64,000 nucleotides of DNA from Nevskiaceae bacterium (lineage in GTDB: Bacteria; Pseudomonadota; Gammaproteobacteria; Nevskiales; Nevskiaceae): contig OZ244200.1 in assembly GCA_965216845.1 (NCBI GenBank), positions 3,027,368 through 3,091,367 on the forward strand. The letters run 5' to 3'. Below the pieces are notes generated by a model. That model saw nothing but the letters and a program-made list of their open reading frames with translations, did not search any database and had not been told where the DNA came from. This document shows, piece after piece, positions 50,369-59,359 of this stretch; position 1 is the first letter of the stretch; each line of letters begins with the position of its first letter. The position numbers and the translations under genes were made by a program.

Positions 50369-50589
50369 GGAAACTGGCACGCCCAGACAAGTCCGGTGCG
50401 CTCCATGAACACCGGCGGCGCGCACCAAGCCTGATCGCCTGGGCTGACTCACCGCTGGAGCGATCCAGCAGTTGCTGTGCGGCGCTTGACGCGGACATCC
50501 GCACATTGGCCGAAACGACATGATAATGCCCATCATGTAAAATCGATTGGTCAATCAAGTATTGCCGCACGGAGTAATCTCACTCAATC

Positions 50590-51402
50590 ATGGCCGAGAA
50601 AGCCACTTACCGCATGGCGGAACTGGTCAGTCGCAGTGGCGCCAGCCGCGAGACGGTGCGTTACTACATTCGCGAAGGCCTGCTGCCGCCGCCGCACCGC
50701 ACCGCCCGGAACATGGCGTGGTATTCCGACCGCCACCTCGAGTTGATCAAACTCATCCGCGTGCTCCAGGACGAACAGTTCCTGCCGCTCAAGGCAATCA
50801 AATCGCTGCTCAACAAGGATCAGGAATACCAGTTCACCCCGCGACAACGGGAGATTTTCGCCAACATCCTCACTGAAATGGCTTCGCAGTCTCGTCGCGC
50901 CCTGCCGCGGCCGCCCGGCTCCCGGCTGGCCAGCGCGCTGGGCTTGAGCGATGAAGACTACGAGCACATGGCGAGCATGGGGCTCATTCGCACCGGCAAT
51001 GACCCACTGACACGCGACGAAGAGGATCTGCTCCGTCAGTTTGCGGTCCTGCGGCAAAGTGGCATGACCAAGGAACGTGGCTTCTTACCGGAACACCTGG
51101 AAATCGTACAGGCGGCCGCTGACATCCTGTTTGATCAGGAGTTGCGCATGTTTCAGACGCTGCTCGACAACCTGCGCGACGATGAAATTCCCGGCATCAT
51201 GGAGCGCGTCATCCCCGCCATCAACCGAATCTTCGGATTGTTGCACGCACGCAAACTACGCGCGTTCGTCGCCCGCTATGCACCCCAGGAAAGAAACGGT
51301 GGGTCCGCAACTGCTGACACCACCGATGCAACGGAAAAACCGTCGCCACCCGCAGCCTCCAGCCGCCGGCGACGTCGCTCGTCCGCAACCCGCGATAGCT
51401 AG
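50590..51402 (+). CDS. MerR-family transcriptional regulator with a long C-terminal domain
   Basis: 270 aa. The N-terminal HTH reads YRMAELVSRSGASRETVRYYIREGLLPPP...YSDRHLELIKLIRVLQDEQFLPLKAIK. Confidence 0.9.
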   Translation: MAEKATYRMAELVSRSGASRETVRYYIREGLLPPPHRTARNMAWYSDRHLELIKLIRVLQDEQFLPLKAIKSLLNKDQEYQFTPRQREIFANILTEMASQSRRALPRPPGSRLASALGLSDEDYEHMASMGLIRTGNDPLTRDEEDLLRQFAVLRQSGMTKERGFLPEHLEIVQAAADILFDQELRMFQTLLDNLRDDEIPGIMERVIPAINRIFGLLHARKLRAFVARYAPQERNGGSATADTTDATEKPSPPAASSRRRRRSSATRDS

Positions 51403-51981
51403 ACTCACGATAGCTGGTTAAGGGACGCCATCCGGCCAAAACCCATCATCCCGACCGCCGGTGATGACGCGCTACCTGCCGGAACGAGCGTTGTGCCACC
51501 CTTCGGTCATGGCAAAACTCACAGCCTTCGGGGTGCTGTGCCTGAGAGCAGTGGCCGCCGGCGCCAGCCCCAGGGTGATTTCCTCGCCCATTGAAAAAAC
51601 GTCCCGTTTCCACCACAGACCAGCCAGCAGATCAGGTCGCTGCTGGAAGCAGCACTGGCAGCGGCCTTACCCGCCTGCGGCGTACCGAAGCGCCAATGAC
51701 TTACCGGAATAGATTGAAGCGCAAACCACTGTGATGAGCGCCTTGGTTACGGTCTGTTCCAGTTTTCGGTCCGGCCAACACAGAACAGATCCGTGACCCA
51801 TGAGCAAGCGGCACCGCTTGCCCGGCCCCGGCGTTTTCAAACACCGGAGCCGAAGTCTGCATCCGTCGATTCAGCGGGGCAAGCAGCCATCATGTATATC
51901 AATGATGGCCATCCTGCCCCATTGGATGATGCCCCAGCCGAGGCGAGCTACCGTCGCCGCAAACAAAATTCTTGCGGGGTA

Positions 51982-53046
51982 TCAGTTCAAGGCTGCGATG
52001 ACTTGAACACCGCTGCCGGTGGCGGCATAGAGTTTGCCCTTCCAGGGCAGCAGCACGGTGAAGATCTCGTCCAGCGTCTCACCTTCGGGTCTGTCGGCAA
52101 ATTCAAGAACTGAAGGCGCCCTGCCCGCTTCAAGCACGACCACCTTCTCGCTTCTTCCGGCCGCCGCCACCCGCCCGTTTCCGAGTTGGGCGAGGTCGAA
52201 CAAGGGTTTTTCGACGCCCGTCGATACCGGCTCCCATTGCGGGTTGCACAGATCCGCAGTTCGGAAGGCGTTACCCCGCATACCGACCACCAGCAGACCG
52301 CGTTCCCCTTCCGGAATCGCTGAGTACAGCGACCCATCGTACGGCACATCCAGAATCACCCAGTTCCGCCCATCCACGGAAATGGCCACCAATCCCATCT
52401 CGCCAACCAGCACGAAGGTGCCATCGTCTGCTTGCAGCAGATCATACATATGGAATCCGTTATCGCTGAGGGTGGTGTCGGCAAGGTCCGCCCAGGTCTT
52501 GCCGCCGTCATCGGTAACTTTGAACAACCCGAAGGCACCAACGGCGTAGCCGGTCTTTGCATCCGTGAACAGGACATCCAGAAAAGGATTGCCACCGTTG
52601 CCTCCGAAAGCCTGCACCGACCAGCTCTGTCCACCGTCACCCGTATACAGGATGCTGGCATCGTGGCCGACCGCCCAGCCGTGTTGATCGTCGGCGAAAG
52701 TCACGGCGTTGAGCATCGCATTCACCGGAGAGGGCACCTGCGTCCATTCCTCACCGTCCTGCGAAGTGATGATGATGCCGCGCTCGCCAACGGCGACGAG
52801 CTTATCTCCGGCGGCGGCCACGTCGTTGAGCTGCGCCTGGACGGCGAGCGGCTCGATTGCGGCCGGCGTCGGTTGGCTCGCTGCCACCGCGTTGGCTGCG
52901 GTGCCTGCTGTCGCCAATGCGGCTAGCACCCACAGCAGTTTTCCCATCAGATTGTTCATATGCTTGGTCACGGAACTTTGCTCGCTCATAATGCTTATCG
53001 TCGGTCCAGGGGCCTGGACCAGGCCCCGCAATTCCATCAAATCCAT
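51982..53046 (-). CDS. Ycf48-like BNR/Asp-box beta-propeller protein (periplasmic)
   Basis: It has repeated Asp-box motifs (TSQDGEEWTQV, TGDGGQSWSV, VTDDGGKTWADL). The ORF ATG at 53046 overlaps the RND stop (TGATG). However, the signal peptide (MNNLMGKLLWVLAALATAGTAANA) begins at codon 30, about 52959, so the start is uncertain. Confidence 0.8.
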   Translation of the reverse strand: MDLMELRGLVQAPGPTISIMSEQSSVTKHMNNLMGKLLWVLAALATAGTAANAVAASQPTPAAIEPLAVQAQLNDVAAAGDKLVAVGERGIIITSQDGEEWTQVPSPVNAMLNAVTFADDQHGWAVGHDASILYTGDGGQSWSVQAFGGNGGNPFLDVLFTDAKTGYAVGAFGLFKVTDDGGKTWADLADTTLSDNGFHMYDLLQADDGTFVLVGEMGLVAISVDGRNWVILDVPYDGSLYSAIPEGERGLLVVGMRGNAFRTADLCNPQWEPVSTGVEKPLFDLAQLGNGRVAAAGRSEKVVVLEAGRAPSVLEFADRPEGETLDEIFTVLLPWKGKLYAATGSGVQVIAALN

Positions 53047-55676
53047 CAGCTCGATGCCGGTGTCGGCTCTGCCTCGGGCGCGTCCGTATCGGCGTCGTTC
53101 GGGGCATTCGGATTCGGCCGCAACAGCAAGGCCGCAAACGCTGGCAGGATGAAGATGGCGGCAACCGCGTTGGCCAGAATCATCACGTTCAGCAGAATGC
53201 CCATATCCACCTGGAATCGAAGACCGGAGAACAGCCAGGTGGCCACGCTGGCCGCCAGTGCCAGTGCGGTGAACACCACGGCCTTGCCGGTCTGACTGAG
53301 TGCGTCGGCGTAGGCCTGACGCATCGACATGCCCTTCTCCTTCACGTTTTCCTCCAGCACCGAATAGATATAGATGCCGTAGTCAACCGCGATGCCGGCC
53401 GAGAAAGCCACCGTGGCGATGTTGGTCACCTTCAAGCCGATCTCCAGGTACACCATCACCGTGTAGATGAACACCGACGACACGATGATCAGCGGCGTGA
53501 GAATGCAGATCACACTGGCAATGTTGCGGAAGGACACCCAGATACTGAGGCCGATGGCCACATACAACCACAGCAGCACGGTGAGTTCGGTATCTTCCAC
53601 CACATCATTGGCTGCCGCCATCACGCCGACATTGCCCGTCGCCAGTCTGAAGGTCACCGGTGAATCCTCGGGCAGCTCGTCGACGAAAGCTTCAAAGGAG
53701 TCGATGACGGTGTCGATGGTCTTGGCCTTGTGATCCGCCGTGAACACGAACAGCGGCATCGCGCTGCAGTCGGTGTTGAGCAGGCCGGTGGAACTCGGGA
53801 ACGGCTGCACCGTCACCACCAGCGCACCGGACTCGCGCGGCAGCACGTTCCATTTGGGATGGTTCTCGTTATAGGCGTTGTAAACCACTTTTTGCATCTT
53901 GGGCAGCGACAATGTCGACTGTACGCCGGGGGTGTTCTCCATGCGCCAGGCCAGCTGGTCGATCACACCGACGACGGAATGGTCGATGCAGGCATCAGCC
54001 TGGGTCTCGGCGATGATCTTCAGCACGTCCACACCGATGGAGAAGTTGTTGACGATGGCGTCCGTATCAACGTTGTAGGTCGAGTCGGTGTGCAATTCCG
54101 GCGTGCCGGGATGCAGCTCGCCGATGGCCAGGTTGCGGTTGATGTGGTGAGAAACGCCCCAGGCCACCCCGGTGCCCAGCAGCACGAGCACCGCCGTTCG
54201 CTTGAGGATACCGGCCGAGGCCAGGTGCCAGACCGGATCCAGCATACGATCTCGGCGATGCTGGTGACGGCGAAACTTCTCCGGGTTGCGGATCGGCGCA
54301 TAGGACAGCAAGCAGGGCAACAGAAACTTCTTGCAAACCACCACCGCAATCAGACCGAAGCAGGCGTTGATCGCCATCTCCTGGACAATGCCGATGGGAA
54401 TCAGCAGCAGGGTGCCGAAGCCGATGAAATTCGTGATCAGTGCGGTGATGCCGGGAATGACCAGCCGCTTGTAGGTTCCGACTGCGGCGTCGTAGCTGTT
54501 CAGCCCTTTGTTGGCGGTCTCCAGCAACCAGAAATTGGTGATCTGGATGCCGTGCGAAGTACTGATGGCCACAACCAGAAACGGCACCAGGATGGCGAAC
54601 GGGTCGAGTCCGTAACCGAACAGATGCAGCATGCCCAGCTCCCAGACCACCGCCAGCAGTCCGCAGGACAACGGCAGCAAGGCCACCAGCCAGGATCCGG
54701 TGTACATCGCCAGCACGATCCAGACCATCAGAATTGATATGGCAAAAAAGATGACAACTTCGCCCGATTTTTCCGCGATATCGCCGACGATCTGCACGAA
54801 GCCGATGTTGTGGATGTTGATGGACGGGTTGTAGTCGGGGTTGTCGACCTCGTTCACATCGAAGTCGCTGCCGGAAAGCGTGGCCGCGGTGAACGCGCCG
54901 TTCTCATCCTTGTAGCGAAAGTCCACATCGGAAAAGCGGAACAGCAGGCTGGTCGGATCCGTGTATGAAATGTGTGCCACATCGCCGGCCTTGAGCGGCG
55001 GAAAGTCCTCCTTGAGCCGGAATTCCCACATCTTCGGACTGATGAAGCGATGCCGGATCTGCTCCAGCCCGTCCTCGGCCTTGAAGTAGTCCAGCTTTTC
55101 ACCACTGACCGGGTCACGTTCGATCAGCTCGCCGAAAATCATCGCGCCCCGCTCGTCGTTGGACACCAACCGACCGATCACGTCCGCCTTTTCCACGTTG
55201 TTGCGAACGGTCTGCAACATCTCCGGCGATGGCGTGAAGTCCGCCGGCACCACGTTGCCGCCACGGAAGCCGCCCTCGACCACCTCCAGATAACGCACGT
55301 CCGGCGTCATGATCGAGCTGACGCGCGACCGGTCCATGCCGGGAAGAAAGAACATCGCGTCGCTGGCCTGACGCAGCGTGGCCATGAACGACGGCTCGTA
55401 GATGTTCCCGTTACCGGGCTTCTGCATGACCGCCAACAGCACGGTATTGGCGCCACCGAACTCACGCTGGTATTCCTTGAACACCTCAATATAGGGATGG
55501 CCCTGCGGAAGCTGCTTCTCGAAACCTGCATCCAGCTTGAGCTGGGCAGCGTGCCAGCCGAGAAAGAGCGTGGTCAGAAACAGCACGATCAGCAATCGCG
55601 CACGCTTGTGAAAGATGATCGGGAGGGTGGTGTCCACATACCATTTCGCGAACCCGCCTTTTAGCTCACCGTGCAT
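53046..55676 (-). CDS. RND-superfamily transporter, MMPL/HpnN-like
   Basis: 876 aa with two 6-TM bundles each preceded by a large periplasmic loop. GGAG lies 8 nt upstream of the ATG. Confidence 0.9.
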   Translation of the reverse strand: MHGELKGGFAKWYVDTTLPIIFHKRARLLIVLFLTTLFLGWHAAQLKLDAGFEKQLPQGHPYIEVFKEYQREFGGANTVLLAVMQKPGNGNIYEPSFMATLRQASDAMFFLPGMDRSRVSSIMTPDVRYLEVVEGGFRGGNVVPADFTPSPEMLQTVRNNVEKADVIGRLVSNDERGAMIFGELIERDPVSGEKLDYFKAEDGLEQIRHRFISPKMWEFRLKEDFPPLKAGDVAHISYTDPTSLLFRFSDVDFRYKDENGAFTAATLSGSDFDVNEVDNPDYNPSINIHNIGFVQIVGDIAEKSGEVVIFFAISILMVWIVLAMYTGSWLVALLPLSCGLLAVVWELGMLHLFGYGLDPFAILVPFLVVAISTSHGIQITNFWLLETANKGLNSYDAAVGTYKRLVIPGITALITNFIGFGTLLLIPIGIVQEMAINACFGLIAVVVCKKFLLPCLLSYAPIRNPEKFRRHQHRRDRMLDPVWHLASAGILKRTAVLVLLGTGVAWGVSHHINRNLAIGELHPGTPELHTDSTYNVDTDAIVNNFSIGVDVLKIIAETQADACIDHSVVGVIDQLAWRMENTPGVQSTLSLPKMQKVVYNAYNENHPKWNVLPRESGALVVTVQPFPSSTGLLNTDCSAMPLFVFTADHKAKTIDTVIDSFEAFVDELPEDSPVTFRLATGNVGVMAAANDVVEDTELTVLLWLYVAIGLSIWVSFRNIASVICILTPLIIVSSVFIYTVMVYLEIGLKVTNIATVAFSAGIAVDYGIYIYSVLEENVKEKGMSMRQAYADALSQTGKAVVFTALALAASVATWLFSGLRFQVDMGILLNVMILANAVAAIFILPAFAALLLRPNPNAPNDADTDAPEAEPTPASS

Positions 55677-55734
55677 TCATGAATCTCCGCAAGTATTAAG
55701 AATTGTTGCTGCTTTCCGACCGTTGCCGCATCGG

Positions 55735-55785
55735 CAGAAGAAAAAGCTTTCGTCCACGGGTCCGGCCATGGCCGGACCCGTGGAC
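55735..55785 (-). terminator. 34-bp perfect palindrome plus T-run on the minus strand; terminator/attenuator between the lipoprotein gene and the RND gene
   Basis: 55752-55785 (gtccacgggtccggccatggccggacccgtggac) equals its own reverse complement. On the minus strand it is followed by gaaagcTTTTTcTTcT. Confidence 0.65.
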
Positions 55786-55819
55786 CGTATCCAAGGTTTG
55801 ATGCCACTGTCTGCGGCAA

Positions 55820-56581
55820 TCAGCCGTCGCTGACACAGATCTCGAACAGCCGCAAGCCATTGAGCACTTGCAGGCCGCCGCCGAAATCCAGACGCACTTC
55901 ATCAAACTCCTTGGAAAACTGCGCGCCAACGGTCCGTGGTCCGGGGTTGGCTGGCGTAGTCAGGACCGAAGGTAGATCGAGCAGGCTCAACACGGCGAAC
56001 ACCTGGCCATTTGGACTGGCCGACGGATCGGTCGACTCCTGTTCCTGCCCATCCAGAAGGGTCGTGACGGTGATTTCCTGGTTCAGTCCGATGGTCAGCG
56101 GTATGGCGTCCTCTTCGCCGGCCACGAAAACCGCGACCCGGCTGTCGGGCGGGTGCGTGCGTGCCGAATCGAATACCGAGAGGAAGGCCGTGCCGGTCAC
56201 CGCAACGGGCACGTTGAGTGTGGCAAAGTTGGTCGGGTCGTCGTCAACCGCAGCCTCGGCGTCCATCACCGTACACCCCACGCACACACCACTGAGGCCC
56301 GTCCTCACCAGGCCTCGAGGCGCACGCAGCGGTTCGAAGGCGTTGCCGGGCGCGCATTGCTGGGGCGCGCTGGCAAAACCAGCGCCGCCGCCGTTGGGTG
56401 TGTCCGGGTCGGAGCAGCCAACCGCCAGCGTCGCCGCCAGCAAACCGGCCGCACCGGCCATTCTCCAGGCTTTCGCCGGCCGTGCTGCGTGACCTGCATG
56501 GATGCCCGCATGACGCATGTTTTGTTCAGCGCTGGATGGCGCGCTGCGCCATGGATTCAGTTTCTCGATGTTGTCATTCAT
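55820..56581 (-). CDS. Hypothetical lipoprotein, 4 conserved Cys (copy A), no family recognised
   Basis: 253-aa ORF with an ATG 3 nt after GGGGGGAGAG and 15 nt after the DUF1302 stop. The lipobox is LAVGC|SDP at about residue 56. Alternative starts are M22 (56518) and M41 (56461). It is a paralog of 61179-61874. Confidence 0.6.
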   Translation of the reverse strand: MNDNIEKLNPWRSAPSSAEQNMRHAGIHAGHAARPAKAWRMAGAAGLLAATLAVGCSDPDTPNGGGAGFASAPQQCAPGNAFEPLRAPRGLVRTGLSGVCVGCTVMDAEAAVDDDPTNFATLNVPVAVTGTAFLSVFDSARTHPPDSRVAVFVAGEEDAIPLTIGLNQEITVTTLLDGQEQESTDPSASPNGQVFAVLSLLDLPSVLTTPANPGPRTVGAQFSKEFDEVRLDFGGGLQVLNGLRLFEICVSDG

Positions 56582-56596
56582 GATCTCTCCCCCCGG

Positions 56597-59173
56597 TCAG
56601 AACTGGTACTTGACGTAGAAGCCCAGGTTGTCCCGGTCTGCCGTCAGATTGTTTTCGCCGGCGCCGGCAATCATGTTGTAGACCACGTTGAAGGTCAGCG
56701 CCTTTTCATAGCGGAACTCCAGGATCGAGGTCAGCTGATAACGGCCTTCGATGAAGTTGAACAGCGGAGCCGGCGAATTGCCATAGACGTCGTGCTGCCA
56801 GAGCAGCAGCGGCTGGATGCTGATGGACGGCAGCACCGACTCGTAGAGGATGCGCGAAACCACGCGGTAGCCGGTCGAAAAGCTATCGGCAAAGGCATCT
56901 CTCGGCGCCTGGAAGGGGTTGAACCGGATGCCGTCCGGGCCAATGGTGCAGGCGATGTTGGTGGAGCAAGCCAGTTGCGAGCCGTCCGCACCGCTGCCGT
57001 CGGCGCCAGCCGAGGCATGGGTATAGGCGGTCAGCGGACCTTCCAGTTGCAACTCGTTGAAGGACGGCATGTTCAGCACGTGCGTCGCCGCCAGTTCGTA
57101 GACCATCAACACCTGGTCGGCGCCGATCAGCTTGGACGGCCAGTCGGACATGCTGTACAGGCGGGTTGCACCCAGGGTGTACTGCGCAACGTCGAACTCC
57201 TCCCAGCCGCGGATGTGGCTGTTGGGCGCCGGATCGTCACCGAGTGTGCCACCGCGATACGGTACCAGGAAGCTGGGGAACGAGCGCGCCGTGGACGGTA
57301 CGCCGGCGAGCAGCAGGAAGCTGGTGTCATTGAAATAGGGAACGCCGTCGCCGTCGGTGGCGTCGCTGCCTTCGTAGACGAAATACTGGCCGGTGACGTT
57401 CTGGCCATTGCCACCCGGCGTGCCTTCGCTGTCCTCGGCGAAGCCCACCGCCGCCACGGTGCCGTCGCAGCCATCGTCGGGGCCGTTACAGTGTCCGAGC
57501 GTTGGTTGCAGCGCGGCAAACAGCACATCCACCAGCGCCACTTGCAGCGGCTGATCGGGCCGGTAGGCGACCTCACCCTGGAAGGAGTAGTCGCCGTAAG
57601 TGGTATTGAAGCTGAGGCCGAACATCTTCAGATCTTCAGGGTAGGTGAGCTGGATCTCGGCCGTGTCCAGCGGAATGATCTCGCTCTCCGGTCGGCCCGG
57701 CTGCGGAAGCAGCAGATTCGCCACCCCGGTGACGGCATCCAGCGGCGTGCCGTCGACCCCCAGAGTATTGGCCACCTCCGGTCGCGCGGTCACCAGCCCC
57801 GCCAGGTCGGTGGCCGCCTGCAGAACGCCTCGCGGATAGCTGCTGTTCACCACCAGGTGCAGATTGGGGCACAGGGTCAGAATGTCAAAGGTGTTGTTGG
57901 CATTGCGACCCTGGGTATTGCCTGCCGCGCGCTGACAGCTCGCGTTGGTCGCGAAAGCATCCACATACGGCAGCTTGGAGTGGTAGTTCATGAAATAGAA
58001 GCCCAGCTCGGTGCCGTAGTTGAGCCAGTCGGCGTAGTACTTCAGGCTGAAGCCGTACTCGCCGCCGTTGCGGGCCTCGTCATCGCGTCTGCGGCCGACC
58101 GACAGCGTGGTCTTCGACACCAGACCAAACGGATTGGCGATGGCGGTGCCGAGTTGATTGAGATCGTCCGGCGCCTGTCCGAAGCTGGCGTTGAGACGAT
58201 CAGAGCCCAGGTTGTCGGTCCCTGCATCGATGAACGAGAAAAAGCTTCCGGGGGGCGGGATCTCCACCGGCTGCCAATTGAACACGTAGTGGGCCTGCAG
58301 ACTGACGCCACCGCCCAGGTAGGTGGAAATGTTGGCCATATTGACCGGGACAAACAGATCCTCCAGCAGCGCGTTGCCGAGCCGGAAGATGTTGTTGGCG
58401 TTCACCGGATTGGCCTGGGTCAGGCTGTTGATGACCGCGGCGGTGCTTTCGCCCCAGTTCACCACCTGTTTGCCGACGCGAAGGGTGATGTCCTGATCAA
58501 CCACCGGCAGCGTAAAGGGCACGGTCAGATGCAGGTCGAGCAGATCATAGAACAGGTATTCGTCCGCGATGCGGTCGCCACGCTTCTGGCGCACCACGGC
58601 GCCGCGACCGAGCACCTCGTCATAATAGCGGTTGCCGAAAGGGTCGCCGCGCGTGAGCACCTCGTCGAAGTTCTCCGGGGTGACCTTGTTCGGGTGGTAT
58701 TCGTCGAAATCGTAGTTGACCGGGTCGTAGACACCCCGACCGCGCACGAACAGCTCCCACTCGCCGTACTCCCACTGATCGAAGAAACGGAACTTGACGT
58801 CCGTGTTCAGAACGATCGGCGCCTGAACGATATCGCCCTTGTCGTAGTTGAGGTTGCCGTTGTCAAAATTCATCGACGACTGACCCGGTGCGTCGCGCAG
58901 GCGCGCGGCCGGCCAGTCCTGATCGCGGATAACACCCTGGCAGAGCTGAAAGACGCCGGTGCAGACGTCAGGATTGAGGTTGGATTTGCCAACCAGGTAG
59001 TCCGCGCGGTCATGCAGACGCCACTGTGCCCCCGCAGTAAAGCTGTTGTTCAGGATCGCCGAAATGTCCTGCCCGAACACGCCAAAGTCCAACTCCCGCG
59101 CCGAAGCGCTGGTACTCACCGCAAGTGTGAGTGCCGCTGCGGCGGCGACTCTCCCCGTCCTCTTCATCGTCAT
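56597..59173 (-). CDS. DUF1302 family outer-membrane beta-barrel protein (copy A)
   Basis: 858 aa with a signal peptide (MTMKRTGRVAAAAALTLAVSTSASA). It has the RVGKQVVNWGEST motif I associate with DUF1302 and a C-terminal beta-signal ending ...GFYVKYQF. GGAGAGGAG lies upstream. Confidence 0.85.
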   Translation of the reverse strand: MTMKRTGRVAAAAALTLAVSTSASARELDFGVFGQDISAILNNSFTAGAQWRLHDRADYLVGKSNLNPDVCTGVFQLCQGVIRDQDWPAARLRDAPGQSSMNFDNGNLNYDKGDIVQAPIVLNTDVKFRFFDQWEYGEWELFVRGRGVYDPVNYDFDEYHPNKVTPENFDEVLTRGDPFGNRYYDEVLGRGAVVRQKRGDRIADEYLFYDLLDLHLTVPFTLPVVDQDITLRVGKQVVNWGESTAAVINSLTQANPVNANNIFRLGNALLEDLFVPVNMANISTYLGGGVSLQAHYVFNWQPVEIPPPGSFFSFIDAGTDNLGSDRLNASFGQAPDDLNQLGTAIANPFGLVSKTTLSVGRRRDDEARNGGEYGFSLKYYADWLNYGTELGFYFMNYHSKLPYVDAFATNASCQRAAGNTQGRNANNTFDILTLCPNLHLVVNSSYPRGVLQAATDLAGLVTARPEVANTLGVDGTPLDAVTGVANLLLPQPGRPESEIIPLDTAEIQLTYPEDLKMFGLSFNTTYGDYSFQGEVAYRPDQPLQVALVDVLFAALQPTLGHCNGPDDGCDGTVAAVGFAEDSEGTPGGNGQNVTGQYFVYEGSDATDGDGVPYFNDTSFLLLAGVPSTARSFPSFLVPYRGGTLGDDPAPNSHIRGWEEFDVAQYTLGATRLYSMSDWPSKLIGADQVLMVYELAATHVLNMPSFNELQLEGPLTAYTHASAGADGSGADGSQLACSTNIACTIGPDGIRFNPFQAPRDAFADSFSTGYRVVSRILYESVLPSISIQPLLLWQHDVYGNSPAPLFNFIEGRYQLTSILEFRYEKALTFNVVYNMIAGAGENNLTADRDNLGFYVKYQF

Positions 59174-59291
59174 CGTTGTGTCTCCTCTCCTCGAACGCCC
59201 GACTGATTATCGATCTGGTGTGCGCTGTGTCTGCCGCGCAATCAGGTAAACCAAGCTTCGGGATCCTCATCCTGGAAGCCTCGATCATTGA

Positions 59292-59355
59292 CTGCCCGCC
59301 CGCGGCGGCATCTCGCGGGCGGGCAGGTTGTGTAATGGAGCGGGAGTCTCCCGCT
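59292..59355. other. Two strong stem-loops between DUF1329 and DUF1302 copy A
   Basis: The first is a 13-bp perfect stem ctgcccgcccgcg (59292-59304)/cgcgggcgggcag (59314-59326). The second is a 7-bp stem agcggga/tcccgct (59339-59355). A T-run follows only on the plus strand. Confidence 0.5.
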
Positions 59356-59359
59356 TTGT

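Noticed and set aside
50545-50556. A small dyad, gattg-gt-caatc, upstream of the MerR-family gene as an autoregulatory operator.
   Set aside because: It has only 5-bp arms, no similarity to the 19-nt spacer motif, and no convincing -35/-10 hexamers around it.
51461-52113. Plus-strand ORFs 51461-51712 and 51793-52113 in the large gap.
   Set aside because: They have no SD and implausible composition (Arg/Ser/Pro/Cys/Trp-rich). The second overlaps the 3' end of the Ycf48-like gene.
56153-59206. A 1017-aa plus-strand ORF, the longest in the window.
   Set aside because: It is antisense to DUF1302 copy A. Its translation is Arg/Gly/Ala/His/Val-rich and low in complexity, with no start context. 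The minus-strand frame has a signal peptide, family motifs, a C-terminal aromatic beta-signal and a paralog. This is a typical GC-rich shadow ORF. The same holds for 61425-63245 opposite copy B.
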